DNA of 64,000 nt from a virus, in IMG/VR virus record IMGVR_UViG_3300025652_000032, positions 32,001 to 96,000 of that record; one strand, given 5' to 3'. Position numbers and translations under genes: made by a program. Of this stretch, positions 37,868 through 49,300 are shown piece by piece (within the stretch, counting starts at the first letter, position 1; each line of letters starts with the position of its first letter). Below the pieces are notes generated by a model that did not search any database, was not told where the DNA came from, and saw only the letters and a list, made by a program, of their open reading frames with translations.

Positions 37868-38760
37868 TAATAGTTACCCTCCGAGAACGGATCATTCTCT
37901 GTGAAGTCAAAGATAGAATCCTTATCTAATTCAAATTCTATCGACTCATTATCTCCGTCACTACCACCAGTAACACCTTGTGGAATCACTGTTGTCGTGG
38001 TTTCCTGTGAGTTCATTGTATAATTGGTTCCAGTTGTTCTTCCGATGACATTCTGTGAGTTGGAGAATGTTCCCGAGATACCCACAATAGAAAGCAACTT
38101 CGTGGATAGTGTCCAGTCCGTAACCTTGGCAAGTGCCGTCTCTGATCCAACAGAACCCTGATAAACTTCTTCTCCGATACGATAGTCTTGTCCTGCGTTA
38201 AGAGTACCCATTGTGAGTTCAATCTCAAAGTCCTGTCTATCATCTTCGAGGGCATCAATATCTGAATATCCAGTATCGATTTCTTCGTGACTGTAGACGA
38301 ACAGTTCGCATGAGACTTTATATGTGTGGAGTTTACCTAACTGATAGAATGGATTTTCGTGTTCAACAAACTTAATTTCAAACAAACCCTTCGAGAGTGG
38401 GAAGTAAATTAAATCACCTTCTCGGGGTTTCTGAATTGGTGCCTCGTTTACTGTGACGACTTGTTCAAATCGTTTCTTGGCAAAGACAAGACTTACACTG
38501 TCTCGTATTTCAAGTCCAAACTTAGAAACAAAGTCGCCGTCTCCTTCAAATCCATCTGCACTTTCAATATACATTTCGAGCGAGTACCCATCGTCAAACT
38601 TTGACTGGGTGTCTTCACCGAATAGTTTATCTTCGTTCATCAGAGTTCGGGGTATATACACCATATCCTCACCGTGCATTTTGATTGCCTCCACGGTGAG
38701 ATCTTCAATGAGTCTCTGCTCACTCCCGATGTTTCGTCTGAAATAAGAATTCTTTGCCAT
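37867..38760 (-). CDS. gp14: Neck protein
   Basis: YIPR, LFGED, SKFGLEIRD, PREGDLIYFP, FEIKFVEHE. Confidence 0.95.
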   Translation of the reverse strand: MAKNSYFRRNIGSEQRLIEDLTVEAIKMHGEDMVYIPRTLMNEDKLFGEDTQSKFDDGYSLEMYIESADGFEGDGDFVSKFGLEIRDSVSLVFAKKRFEQVVTVNEAPIQKPREGDLIYFPLSKGLFEIKFVEHENPFYQLGKLHTYKVSCELFVYSHEEIDTGYSDIDALEDDRQDFEIELTMGTLNAGQDYRIGEEVYQGSVGSETALAKVTDWTLSTKLLSIVGISGTFSNSQNVIGRTTGTNYTMNSQETTTTVIPQGVTGGSDGDNESIEFELDKDSIFDFTENDPFSEGNY

Positions 38761-38761
38761 T

Positions 38762-39514
38762 TTATCCTACCATAAAATCTGGTGGTAACTCGTACTTGAG
38801 TTGAACTTCTTCTTCTATCTTTGTAATTTCTTCTTGTCCCTGAGAGTATAACTCTGCACCATTATATGAAAGACCACCGGGAAGTGTGATGTTCTGGAAC
38901 TTGGATAAGTTCATTCCCCACTGTCTTTTGATTAGTGATGTGACATACTCTTTCAGAAGTCTATCATTATAGATTTCTGTGTATGTGTTTGGATCTAGAA
39001 TGGAGTATGCTTCGATTACGACAAAATCACCAACAGAAAAATTCTCAGACCAGTCAGTATCGATCAGTAGTTTATTTGTAACTCTGGAGAATCGAACTGC
39101 CTTTTCTGGATCTAACATCTGCTGAATAAGTGCCAGGTGTCTCTTTGTAATATCATACTGTGCCAGATTTCCCATACCAGTACGCACTCCATAGAAATCG
39201 TTGAGTGCCATTTGATATCGAACATCAAACATGTTTACGCTGTTGTTTCCCTGTTCGAATATTCTTGTTACACTGATAACAGAGGAATCGACTTGATTCA
39301 TATCAATATATTCGTTTGTCATATCGTCTGATGTTAACTGATGCTTATAAAATTGTTTCTGCACACCATCAAAATGGTATTCTGCAAAGAATTGAAGTGC
39401 ATCGTCAAGTCTATCTTCTACCTGTGCGTCATCAACATTGATCTCGATCACAGGATCCCCGAGTCTCCTCAGAGCATAGTCCTTCAGTTGTTGTCTCGTT
39501 GCTGGTTGTGCCAT
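38762..39514 (-). CDS. gp13: Neck protein
   Basis: LKDYALRRLG, INVDDAQVEDR, KRQWGMNLSKF, LPGG, YELPP. Confidence 0.95.
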   Translation of the reverse strand: MAQPATRQQLKDYALRRLGDPVIEINVDDAQVEDRLDDALQFFAEYHFDGVQKQFYKHQLTSDDMTNEYIDMNQVDSSVISVTRIFEQGNNSVNMFDVRYQMALNDFYGVRTGMGNLAQYDITKRHLALIQQMLDPEKAVRFSRVTNKLLIDTDWSENFSVGDFVVIEAYSILDPNTYTEIYNDRLLKEYVTSLIKRQWGMNLSKFQNITLPGGLSYNGAELYSQGQEEITKIEEEVQLKYELPPDFMVG

Positions 39515-39537
39515 CTAAAATGCTCCTCTTCTTTTTA

Positions 39538-39545
39538 TATGTATG
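39538..39545 (-). promoter_or_regulatory. Late-promoter-like element CATACATA upstream of gp13
   Basis: Upstream of an AGGAG SD. Confidence 0.5.
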
Positions 39546-39612
39546 ATTTCTAGTGCATTTTCTAATGGCAGTTCCTTCACCGCCTCTTGGTTTTCTAAAC
39601 TTTTTTGAACAT

Positions 39613-39933
39613 CTATTTTTGTTTACCAAGGAAATTTCGTACCTTTCTGATCCTTTCTGACTCGATCCGGGCCTCGTCGTCATAGATCTTTTTGTAATTT
39701 TTAAACTCGTTCAATCTCGAAATAAAACGATCCCCATCTTCCCAAGGAATAGGAAGGGGGATTATTGTAGAACCATTACTTTGGTAATGCTCTTGGTTCT
39801 GAATATAGACTCTGGTTCTTTGATCTTTTGGTGGATCATAGTCCGGTTCTAGTTTTTTAAAAAGTTGAAAATCTATCGATTCGTTGTTTATTATAATTCT
39901 ATCTTCATCTACATTATGAATAAATCTGTTCAT
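39613..39933 (-). CDS. Hypothetical protein
   Basis: 106-aa ORF in line with the operon. Confidence 0.6.
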   Translation of the reverse strand: MNRFIHNVDEDRIIINNESIDFQLFKKLEPDYDPPKDQRTRVYIQNQEHYQSNGSTIIPLPIPWEDGDRFISRLNEFKNYKKIYDDEARIESERIRKVRNFLGKQK

Positions 39934-39944
39934 CTATTTTTCCG

Positions 39945-42011
39945 TCATTTTGTACTAAATCCATAACCACTACCAGTAGAAGTTGCAGGTATAAGTGATA
40001 CATATGTGCCTTTACTCAGGACTAGTTCTGTTCCGTTTGCAAGGGTAGTTACTCTTGCATCAAGAATTGTTTTGCCGTCTGTAAGTGCTGTTATGATATT
40101 AATTTTGTCTACTCCTGACTTCTCTTCTGATTCGTTCCGTCTTTTATATTCTGTAAGATCTCCCCAGAGACGGATGACTTCTGTTCCTGTAAACTTAACG
40201 GGATCACCTTCTGCATTTTCGATAGAGTATGAACCACAAGATCCACTCGAAGTTCCTGCATTAATCGAAGTAACCAATTCACCCAATGGGCCCATTGCTT
40301 CTGGTCTAGGAACAAACGAGAATGAACCACCACCTGTTGATCCCGTGTGTGTTTCACCGGCGGGACCAAAGTATCCTGTCGTGCCACTAAATCCACCACA
40401 AGAACCATCCCCAAAGAATAATGTACAAAACCCATTATCCGAAGATCCGGTAGGACCTGGGTTGTGTGTCTGTCCATAAATTCTTGCGTATGTAAGATCT
40501 TCTGTATCAGACTCTAGTGTATTTCTAATGATACCTTGGTATGTGCTGATATCCACTATGTCAAGACCACCACTTCCTCCAGCACCAGAGTTTCCTCCTG
40601 TTGATTGTACTGCATAGTGAGCAGCACATGACATTCCCGTAATGAATCCACCGCCGATAGTTGGATAATCATAACCACCAGTTCCGGTTGTGTTTCTCAA
40701 GAACAATCTCTTCTTGGTAGTATTCCAGATAGTAACGATACCTTCATAGAACTCTCTATTGTTCAAATGTGGATTATTACCAGACTGAACATCAAACAAT
40801 GAACACCCAGATGTTCCTCTTGATGGAATGTAATATGCATATCCTGGTCGCCAAATTTCGTCACCAAGGCCTGTTGTCGCTCCCGTAAGAGCAGTACCCT
40901 TTTGGTATGTCGTATTGAGAATCGCAGCACTTGCTCCAGCAGTTAATACTGTTCCGGATGTACAACCAATCACAAATTCATCTATAAATCCACCCCAGTT
41001 GTCACGATGATCGTCTGATCCGTTTGGATCGAACTTACCACCAAACACAAACGGGTGTGGGTTTAACTTGATACCACCACCGTTTGTTGATTGGTTTACA
41101 GTTCGCACTCCGTTGACGTATGCTGTGACGGTTGATCCTGCGGCAGAGTTTCTGTACGCTACTGCAATATGATGCCACTTTTGAAATGGAATGTTCGCAC
41201 CACTTGTTGGTCCTGTTGCATTGTTTGTCACTGTGGTGATTGTTACATTATTCACCAATCCGGTGACTGATGTATCAGCAGCATCAGACCAATGGAATTT
41301 AACGGATGATCCTTCTTGATTGAGCAAGAAACAGTCACCACTACCACCAGTAAAACCTCCAGTTGGTCCTGTTGTTCCGCTTTCTGGTCCAGTGTATCCC
41401 TGAGTGGCCGAGGTATCAAGTTTTGCCAAGATCGTACCATTAGGTAAACTCGGGGATTGGAACCAAACCCACCCACTAAGTAACCAGTTGTCTAGGGTTG
41501 ATCCGTTATGACCACCTCTGGATGGAAGGACTATTTGTCCACCGTTTCCGGAAAAGTAAATACTTTCTTTTGCACAACTAAGTGTAACACCATTCCATTT
41601 GCCCTGCGATCCAGAAGATGGTTGACCATACTCCGGTTTGAATGTTCTTGGCGGAAATTCGAGGACTCTCGATCTGGTGTGGGCCCGAATCTTGTCAAGT
41701 TCTACTCGTTCGTCGTGAGAAAATTCACCACACCCAACTATTGCATTGTAATACCAACCATCGTCACCACAACCACCAGAGGAAGCAGATCGCTGTGCTG
41801 GAATTTTAACTGTTCCTCTGGGATCGAATCCTTGAACTTCCTCGTTGTTTGTGTTTAGTTTGTCGAACAACTCCTTATCCATAGTGAAAATCTCATACGC
41901 TCCTTTGGAACGATAGCGTGATGAATTATCATTTTCTTTTAATATGTCTACGATTCTACCATCTGTAGAATCGATGACTATTTGGATTTTGGTGTTGTTG
42001 GTTATCGACAT
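39945..42011 (-). CDS. Virion protein with LamG/concanavalin-like lectin domain
   Basis: KWHHIAVAY...AYVNG...FVFGG...GFIDEFVI; rich in G-x-T/S/C motifs. Confidence 0.75.
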   Translation of the reverse strand: MSITNNTKIQIVIDSTDGRIVDILKENDNSSRYRSKGAYEIFTMDKELFDKLNTNNEEVQGFDPRGTVKIPAQRSASSGGCGDDGWYYNAIVGCGEFSHDERVELDKIRAHTRSRVLEFPPRTFKPEYGQPSSGSQGKWNGVTLSCAKESIYFSGNGGQIVLPSRGGHNGSTLDNWLLSGWVWFQSPSLPNGTILAKLDTSATQGYTGPESGTTGPTGGFTGGSGDCFLLNQEGSSVKFHWSDAADTSVTGLVNNVTITTVTNNATGPTSGANIPFQKWHHIAVAYRNSAAGSTVTAYVNGVRTVNQSTNGGGIKLNPHPFVFGGKFDPNGSDDHRDNWGGFIDEFVIGCTSGTVLTAGASAAILNTTYQKGTALTGATTGLGDEIWRPGYAYYIPSRGTSGCSLFDVQSGNNPHLNNREFYEGIVTIWNTTKKRLFLRNTTGTGGYDYPTIGGGFITGMSCAAHYAVQSTGGNSGAGGSGGLDIVDISTYQGIIRNTLESDTEDLTYARIYGQTHNPGPTGSSDNGFCTLFFGDGSCGGFSGTTGYFGPAGETHTGSTGGGSFSFVPRPEAMGPLGELVTSINAGTSSGSCGSYSIENAEGDPVKFTGTEVIRLWGDLTEYKRRNESEEKSGVDKINIITALTDGKTILDARVTTLANGTELVLSKGTYVSLIPATSTGSGYGFSTK

Positions 42012-42025
42012 GTATTACCCTTAGT

Positions 42026-45000
42026 TTATGATGCGCCGCTTGTTGTTGGTGGTTCTATATGAGACGTTGAATCGACTGCCCAATCATCAGCATTATTGGG
42101 TGTGACATTACCAACTTCTAACTCAATGATTCCTGTCTTATTTATGAATGAACCCAAGTTAGATTGTCCATGTGCGGTTGACATTCCGGCATAAATTTGG
42201 TTTGCTGTTGTGATGGTTGCAACCGTTGTGCCTGATGAGATTGTTCTTGAGATTGCAGAGGTCGCTTTTTCACAGTTAATGATAGAATCATTTCGTGCGA
42301 TAAAGTTATACTCGGCATTGTCTGTTGCATACGCCATCTGTGCTTGGATATTTGAGTTTTGTCTAGCAGTGTATCCGCCTCGGGTTCTCTGTGCAGAGGA
42401 ATTCCTAGCATTGATACTACTGTTCTCTCTCGAAAGGAAACCTGGTCCTGCACATCCCCTAACAAACGATAGGTTGGCATCGATTAATGAGTTTTCCATT
42501 GCAACGAAACCGCCATTTCTCAGAAGAGAAACATAACATCTTGGAGCATCGATTGATGAGTTGTTATGTGATAAGAAACCAATTCCCATAGGATGATCGA
42601 CTAGTCTATACGTTGTCTCATCTGGTGGTTCTACGTTATTACATGGTCTTGTACAAGTGAATTCATTATCTGTACCGGGAGGACAGATACATTCTCCATC
42701 TGGACAGTTAGTACATTCTTGGAACAGACCTGGGATTCCTTCACACGGCGTTCCAAATCCCGAACATGTATTCTCATCATTCTTACAGAAACACGGTTTA
42801 CCATCTGTATCAGTTGCATCACAACAACATCCACTACCTTGACAGTCGATGGCCTGTGTACAATCTACACCACAACATGTTCCATCCTCTCCTGTACATT
42901 CGCAACCATCTGGATCTGCACAGCATGGGTCGCCTGGATTACAAGTACAGAAACAATCGTCTGGATTACCACACTGAACACACCACGAACAGAAATCGCC
43001 ATCGCCTGGATCCGGCGCACATCCTGATTGACATGGTTCGTCGTCGCATGGATCGTCTACTGGTGGATCGCCGTCGCCGGGATTGTCGGGCGGATCAACA
43101 TCATCCTCATCATCATCACAGTCACCTCCATCACACCCGTTCGCAGGATCACATGCATAATCCGAACAGTTGCTACAACAGAAGTTTTCACATATACCAC
43201 CACTGCTTGCACAACCATTTTCACAATCTGTGCAGTTTACGCAATTTGTACAAAAAAGATCTCCAGGTCCAAAGAATCCTCCATCACCCGTTGAAATGAA
43301 GTCGAATGGATCACCAAAGAATCCCGGAGGGTAACATACTCCACCTGCTAGATCCTCGTCAGCAGAATTACACTCACCATCTGGTTCATATGTACTGGCA
43401 AGACTATTTTCTGGTAAGACACCCTGTCCAACCCCGTAAAGAAATCCACCCGAAGATATAATTCTATTGGGTGAAGATTCGTTTGTTGATACATCTCTGA
43501 AACCTAAACCAACTACTGGCCAGATTGATTGGAGATAAATTTGATTTCCTGTGTTTAATGGGTAGTAATTATACAGATCAAAAACAGGATCTATCATCCT
43601 GTTATATGGATCTTTGAATGAGTTCCAAACACACTTTGTCGTTACTGATACACCATCATCTAGGTTAATCGACAGGTAATCTCCTGACATCAATTCAGAA
43701 GCATCAGAACCGACGTTATCAAGATCAATTGTTAGTGGACTATATCCACCAGATCCGACTGTAGTGTTTGTAGTTCTAATTATAGAATTGTTATTCGCAA
43801 CAATCCCCACAACATCACACCCAGTTATTGTGCCATTTTTACACGATACTGTAGAGTTGTTTTCTGCTACCACTCCGAATGAACAATCCGAAATTGCAAG
43901 TCCGTCCAGATTAATAGTTGAGTTTGTATGTGCTGCTACACCGGCATACCAACCAGATATTCCTATGTTATCACAGACTCCATTTCCTATTGATGAATTT
44001 TTAAATGCAAGAATTGCTTCACCATTAGATGCCGCAGGATCCATCTCATTGAAGTGCTTGAACCTAACATCTCCTTGAAAAACAAGATTGCTAATTCCAT
44101 GAAGACTACTATTTGGTTTAAGAACCAATCCCTTAGTAGCGTGTCTTCTTCCGTGTGCATCAGATCTTTTAAATCTGAAAATACTCTTCATAACTTTAGC
44201 AGAAATTGCATGATCAGAAACTACAGTTCCTATGGAAGTATCGATTCCTGTGGTTGCCAGTGTTCCATATTTTCCGGTAGGATCGCCAGTCTCTGAATTA
44301 TTAAAAGATTTATATCCACCAACATAGATGTCATCGTTTACGGAAATATCACCGCTGTTTGTGATTTGAGACTTTGCTACTTTGTGTAGGAAATTTTTTC
44401 CACGCGATCTAAATGTTACTGTATTATCTGTTGTGTTTACTGCGATAATCTCATAACATCCAAGAACATTTGTTCTAGCATCACCGGGATTTGGTCCAGT
44501 GAGTCCTTCCGAACCTAATGAACCATCTTTACCTGTAGGATAATACCTTTGCGATCCACTCGTCTGATCTCGGAAGAGGATATAATCGCCAACCTCAACA
44601 CCAGCAGTGGTAGGCAAAATGGGAGACGTTGGGGGAGAAGACAGATTTTCTGTGCTTGCTAGTTTTACGGTGATCCTGTTGTCTACAAGAGAACCAACAC
44701 CATATCCGTTACCTTCGATGTTTTCTTGTGCATCGTACTTGTATGAAGTTACTTCTTGTAGTTTGAAACTGACACCGGAAGAACCTTTAATAGAAATCTT
44801 TTTCTTGGTTTGATTATCAATAATTATGGGATACTCATAGTTATAAGTTCCCGAGGCACATTCAATTATTGCGTTTCCTGTTTCGGTAAAGAATAATCTC
44901 TTTAGATCTTCGAGGGCCCTACTTGGGTGGAAATATGGATTTGTAATACTACCATCTCCGGTGGTGTCACTTCCATTCGGAGAGCAGTACAGATACATGG

Positions 45001-45064
45001 TAGTATCCACCAAGTTAATTGGTAGTTGTCCCTGCGGTATTCTAATTGCACTTTGATCAGCCAT
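42026..45064 (-). CDS. Beta-helix (pectin-lyase-like) virion protein with large Cys/Asp/Pro-rich insertion
   Basis: YCSPNGSDTTGDGS...NPY N-terminus, repeated xxAxNNSxI rungs on both sides of a 44-Cys segment. Confidence 0.7.
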   Translation of the reverse strand: MADQSAIRIPQGQLPINLVDTTMYLYCSPNGSDTTGDGSITNPYFHPSRALEDLKRLFFTETGNAIIECASGTYNYEYPIIIDNQTKKKISIKGSSGVSFKLQEVTSYKYDAQENIEGNGYGVGSLVDNRITVKLASTENLSSPPTSPILPTTAGVEVGDYILFRDQTSGSQRYYPTGKDGSLGSEGLTGPNPGDARTNVLGCYEIIAVNTTDNTVTFRSRGKNFLHKVAKSQITNSGDISVNDDIYVGGYKSFNNSETGDPTGKYGTLATTGIDTSIGTVVSDHAISAKVMKSIFRFKRSDAHGRRHATKGLVLKPNSSLHGISNLVFQGDVRFKHFNEMDPAASNGEAILAFKNSSIGNGVCDNIGISGWYAGVAAHTNSTINLDGLAISDCSFGVVAENNSTVSCKNGTITGCDVVGIVANNNSIIRTTNTTVGSGGYSPLTIDLDNVGSDASELMSGDYLSINLDDGVSVTTKCVWNSFKDPYNRMIDPVFDLYNYYPLNTGNQIYLQSIWPVVGLGFRDVSTNESSPNRIISSGGFLYGVGQGVLPENSLASTYEPDGECNSADEDLAGGVCYPPGFFGDPFDFISTGDGGFFGPGDLFCTNCVNCTDCENGCASSGGICENFCCSNCSDYACDPANGCDGGDCDDDEDDVDPPDNPGDGDPPVDDPCDDEPCQSGCAPDPGDGDFCSWCVQCGNPDDCFCTCNPGDPCCADPDGCECTGEDGTCCGVDCTQAIDCQGSGCCCDATDTDGKPCFCKNDENTCSGFGTPCEGIPGLFQECTNCPDGECICPPGTDNEFTCTRPCNNVEPPDETTYRLVDHPMGIGFLSHNNSSIDAPRCYVSLLRNGGFVAMENSLIDANLSFVRGCAGPGFLSRENSSINARNSSAQRTRGGYTARQNSNIQAQMAYATDNAEYNFIARNDSIINCEKATSAISRTISSGTTVATITTANQIYAGMSTAHGQSNLGSFINKTGIIELEVGNVTPNNADDWAVDSTSHIEPPTTSGAS

Positions 45065-45081
45065 TTTGTTTTATTACTCTC

Positions 45082-46299
45082 CTAAAGTTCAGAATCTACT
45101 GTAACCCATACTCTACCTTGAACATGTCCGTTATTTGCATCAGCACCAAGTGCGCCTCCGCCAGGGTTGTGACCACTATTTAGGTTTGCAATAAGGTTGC
45201 CAGTACCACTACTAACAGTTACCTGTAAAACAAAACCATCAATGTCAGCATGTAGCAAATCTACACCTCTGTTCGTGTCTCTATTAGACCAGTCTCCATA
45301 AACATGTTTACTTGCCCAATATTTATTTCTTTTTTCATCCATCTTGATTACGGTTGAACTTGTTTGTGCAGTTCCCTGTGCGCCATCCGAAGTTACGAAC
45401 GATCTAATAGTTTCAAAGTATCGTTTACAATCTCTAATCTCATCACCGATGCTTCTCTGTTCGAAGTCAGTGCTTTGTTCACCTGCTTCGAGTTGCACCT
45501 GTGATAGATCGATTTCTTCGGTTGCTCCTGTGTTCCAACCAAATACTGCCGGTGCGATCGGAAGTCCAGAACCAGTTCCACCAGTTCCTGCTTGGAGATA
45601 AATTCTTGCAGCAAGATAACTCCCTGCTGTATCACCCATACCAGTGGGTGTTGGATTGCCAGCAAACCCAAGTGTTTCTCCTGCAAGATCGGGGATGCTG
45701 AACGTGTGTGAATATTTTGCCCAAGCAGTTCCGAGTGCAAACGTCACTCCTTCTATGACTACATCAGAAGAATGATTTGCGGCACCTGTTCCAAACACCT
45801 GAACCATTGAAGCACCGATTACTCTAGATGATCCACTCACCGTAGAGAACTTTCCTTTGAATGAAAGTGTCGCACTCTTTCCTGCGAGTGTCTTTACGTT
45901 TTCGATTCTTTGTTCTAAATATGCCTCTGTGGTTTCGCCACTTGCAATATTTGTTGGGTTGTATAGGTGAGAAAGAGAAGCACCAGTTCCGCTCGTTTGT
46001 ACGCGAAGGAAGTGATTACTTAAAGGCGTAAATCCAACGGGTCCATCTGATTCGTGTTCTATTCTTTGGACTTTTACCTCTGGTTGGAATCCTTGGGTAG
46101 AACCGATTTGATAATATCGCCATCGATCCAGTGTATAATCGAAAGTAGATCCGAGTGTCACTTCACCGAAACCAAATTCATATGTCACTCCGGTAAACTC
46201 ACCACGCTGACAGATATTGAAATCGCCATTGATGATAGCATTTCTTCTTTCTTGTGGACCTTGATGTCCTCTTAGATTTATTGCACTACTTGCGTACAT
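45082..46299 (-). CDS. Tail fibre-associated protein with CBM-like domain
   Basis: RNAIINGDFNICQRG, DRW, EQRIENV, QVQLEAG...CKRYFE. Confidence 0.7.
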   Translation of the reverse strand: MYASSAINLRGHQGPQERRNAIINGDFNICQRGEFTGVTYEFGFGEVTLGSTFDYTLDRWRYYQIGSTQGFQPEVKVQRIEHESDGPVGFTPLSNHFLRVQTSGTGASLSHLYNPTNIASGETTEAYLEQRIENVKTLAGKSATLSFKGKFSTVSGSSRVIGASMVQVFGTGAANHSSDVVIEGVTFALGTAWAKYSHTFSIPDLAGETLGFAGNPTPTGMGDTAGSYLAARIYLQAGTGGTGSGLPIAPAVFGWNTGATEEIDLSQVQLEAGEQSTDFEQRSIGDEIRDCKRYFETIRSFVTSDGAQGTAQTSSTVIKMDEKRNKYWASKHVYGDWSNRDTNRGVDLLHADIDGFVLQVTVSSGTGNLIANLNSGHNPGGGALGADANNGHVQGRVWVTVDSEL

Positions 46300-46319
46300 T
46301 TAGTTTGATTCCTTTTCTA

Positions 46320-49300
46320 TCAGAAAGTCGAAAGTGCTACTCGTTTCCATGTGTCGCCTTCTACACAAACATAGAGATGTGTTGTACTCCATGCAATGTC
46401 TCCCGTATTACCCGAAGCAGAGGAAGAAGCAGGAACAAGAGGTCCGGTTCCACCGGATCCTTCATCAGAACCCAAACGGAATCGTCCGAGATTATCTATA
46501 CTTGCTCTTTCAATACCATCTGTGGTGAAAGACATTTTGTTTGTGCTATGTTCGTATTTAATCTGTCCTTCGTCTACGTCACCCGCAGAGTTATGGAATC
46601 GAACAGCACCAGTCTTGTTACCGAGTGATCTAATTTCAACAACAGGATCACCCGTACCATGACATACGATCTTAGTATCCGAACCATAAACGTAGAGGTT
46701 CGAGGCAACAGATGCATCCGTGTCCATACAACCAGAACCGATTGCAAGTCTACCTTCGAACGAACCCGTGCCACCGAAACTAATTCCGGTTGAGGTTGCT
46801 GTGATTCCGTGTGACTTCAGTGAACCTGAAACATCAAGTGATGCTCCGGGTGCTGCGATACCGATACCAACATCACCGTCCATGTATGCGATATCTGGTG
46901 CAGATGTTTGCCATTGGGAGAATGTCACACCGTGGAATGTTGTACCAGATGCACTATCATTTACCAGTGCTACCGTTGCAGTCGTTCCTGCAACTGGTCT
47001 ACCAGCGGGAAGTGTGTATCCATTTGTTCCGTTGTTTGTTACTTCTACAGAAACACTCTTGAAAGATCCCCGGACATCAAGAGAAGCACCGGGTGCCGTT
47101 GTACCAATGCCGACCATGTGATCAGCAGATGCACCCATCGAGGTTCCAACTGTAAGAACGGGCAGGTTATCATTACCAGTAAAGACAAATCCTTCACCGG
47201 AAACTCCCTTAATTCTCATGAAGTTTTGTGTTGTGGTATCTTCGTAAATTCTAACTTGTGCTGTGATCCCGTCGAGGCGAATACCTTCCGAATCACCACC
47301 AGCAGTTCCGCCGATGTGTAATCTGGACTGGGGATCTGCGTTATTGATTCCGAGGTGTCCACCAGTACCGAGACGCATTCTTTCTGTTCCGGTTACGTCC
47401 AACGTACTCTGGGAAGCAGCAAAGATAAGATCTTCACCGCTATTTGGTCTGAGATCTCGAATCAGTGGTTTGTAATCGTAGTATCCATCGTCGGAGTCTG
47501 TGTCGTAGATGAGAATATCACCATCAGAAACTCCAGTGTCGTACACGTTTGTAAGTTCACCGGCAGTCAGTGCTACATCAAGTCCATTGATGAGCGATGC
47601 TTTTGCTGCTGATGTGAGTTTGATGATGTAGTTCACAACACCGTATGGTTGCATGTTGTTGTGACTGATACTCTCTCCTGTGTTATCCAATCCAAGATTA
47701 TCGAAGGATGATGTGATTGATCCTTCGATTGGAATACTGCCAGTTCCGTCTTCAGTTTGAAGATTCAGAGATCCTGCACTGAATGATGCATTACCGATGA
47801 TATCGAGTTCACCTATATCTGAATTCAGTGGGGTCTCGTTACCATTACTGAAAAGATCCTGAATGGGCGCGTTCGGGATTGGGACACTGGAAGTAAATCT
47901 ATATCCACTTCGATCTTCTCCAGAGAAACGAGTTCTCGCCATATTCCGTTGATTACCGCTACCACATTCACCACACACGACATAGTTATCGATCACGCCG
48001 CTGGGGGTATTGGGTCTACCAACAAAGATACCATCTGTCTGTCCGTATTGTGGAGTGAAAAATTGACTATCATCATTACTAGACGAAAGCGAATGTCCAA
48101 CAACGTGAATGTGCTGCGGAACTCTCAGTCCGGTTGAGTTTACTTGCCCAGTTCCTGCAATCAAAATATCTCCAATATTCATTGCAAGATTTGCTTCGAT
48201 GTTTAATGAAGATGTGTCTGAAATTGCATGGGTGTGAACTGGAAGTTCTTGTACAGTAAGTTGGTGAATCTCTTCTCCACCTTCCTGTCCCAAGTTATAG
48301 TCGTAAAGTGTATTTGTAGAACCGGCCCTCGTTCCGATGATGGTCCTACCACGAAGATCTGGTTTGTTAAACTCTGTTACTTCTTGACTAGCAGCATAGA
48401 AAACTGTGCTGATATCAGAACCAATGTTTATGTTGTTTGCTGAAATGATAGAGAGACTTGCGTGTTCAACACCTGTGCTATCTGTATCTTCTAGTGCTGG
48501 AAATCTAAGAACTGGTTCGTGAGGAATCAATACCGTTCCACCAGCACCTTGAATCTGTTTAGTAAGATGATCAACTTCTACTGTTAGAATATTTTGTGAA
48601 TCGTCCCAGGCCCTAATCGTTCCAGTAACTGTAACCGATTCCCCAAGATCACCACCGATGGAGTCGTAGATAAACGATGAAGATACTCTACCACCCACTA
48701 CTGAGTAGGCAGATAAATCTACACCAATTCCATCTCTTCTACCAATTCGAATTCTTTGTACGAATCCGTATCGTTGTCCTATTCGGGAAAATAGTTCTGG
48801 ATATGATGATGTGACTAATGAATCACCATCACACAAACTCCACCCATCTGGAACATCACTCTGTGTTCCTGCGTATGGTGCAATCACACCGGCCGGTTGA
48901 ATACCTTCGAGACTTACTGTTGCTTCACCACCAATAAGTGTACCGATATAATTTGTTACCAATCCTTTACCCTGCTCAGTTCTTGTGAGCATCGGTTTGA
49001 TGACCGTACCACCGGCGGTTGGTGGTGATTCGATCAATTCACCGGCAGTCGTATCCGAAAGGAAGTAGACTACCTTCGACTCATCATCCATATTCGCCAT
49101 ACTTGATAGATCAATTTCACCCTGATATACAAGAGTAAACTGACTCGTACTGATTACCTTTTCTACAACACCAGATACTTCTGCGTTGACAGCAGAATTT
49201 GCTTGTGCGCCTGTAAACCCAGAGGTGGCAGTATCCCAACGAACAACACTACCTGCAACAAATCCGTGTGTTGCTTGGGTTATATTGTTCCGGATGGACT

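Noticed and set aside
42766-43299. His/Arg-rich plus-strand ORF
   Set aside because: Reverse-complement by-product of the Cys/Asp (TGT/GAT) codons of the real gene.
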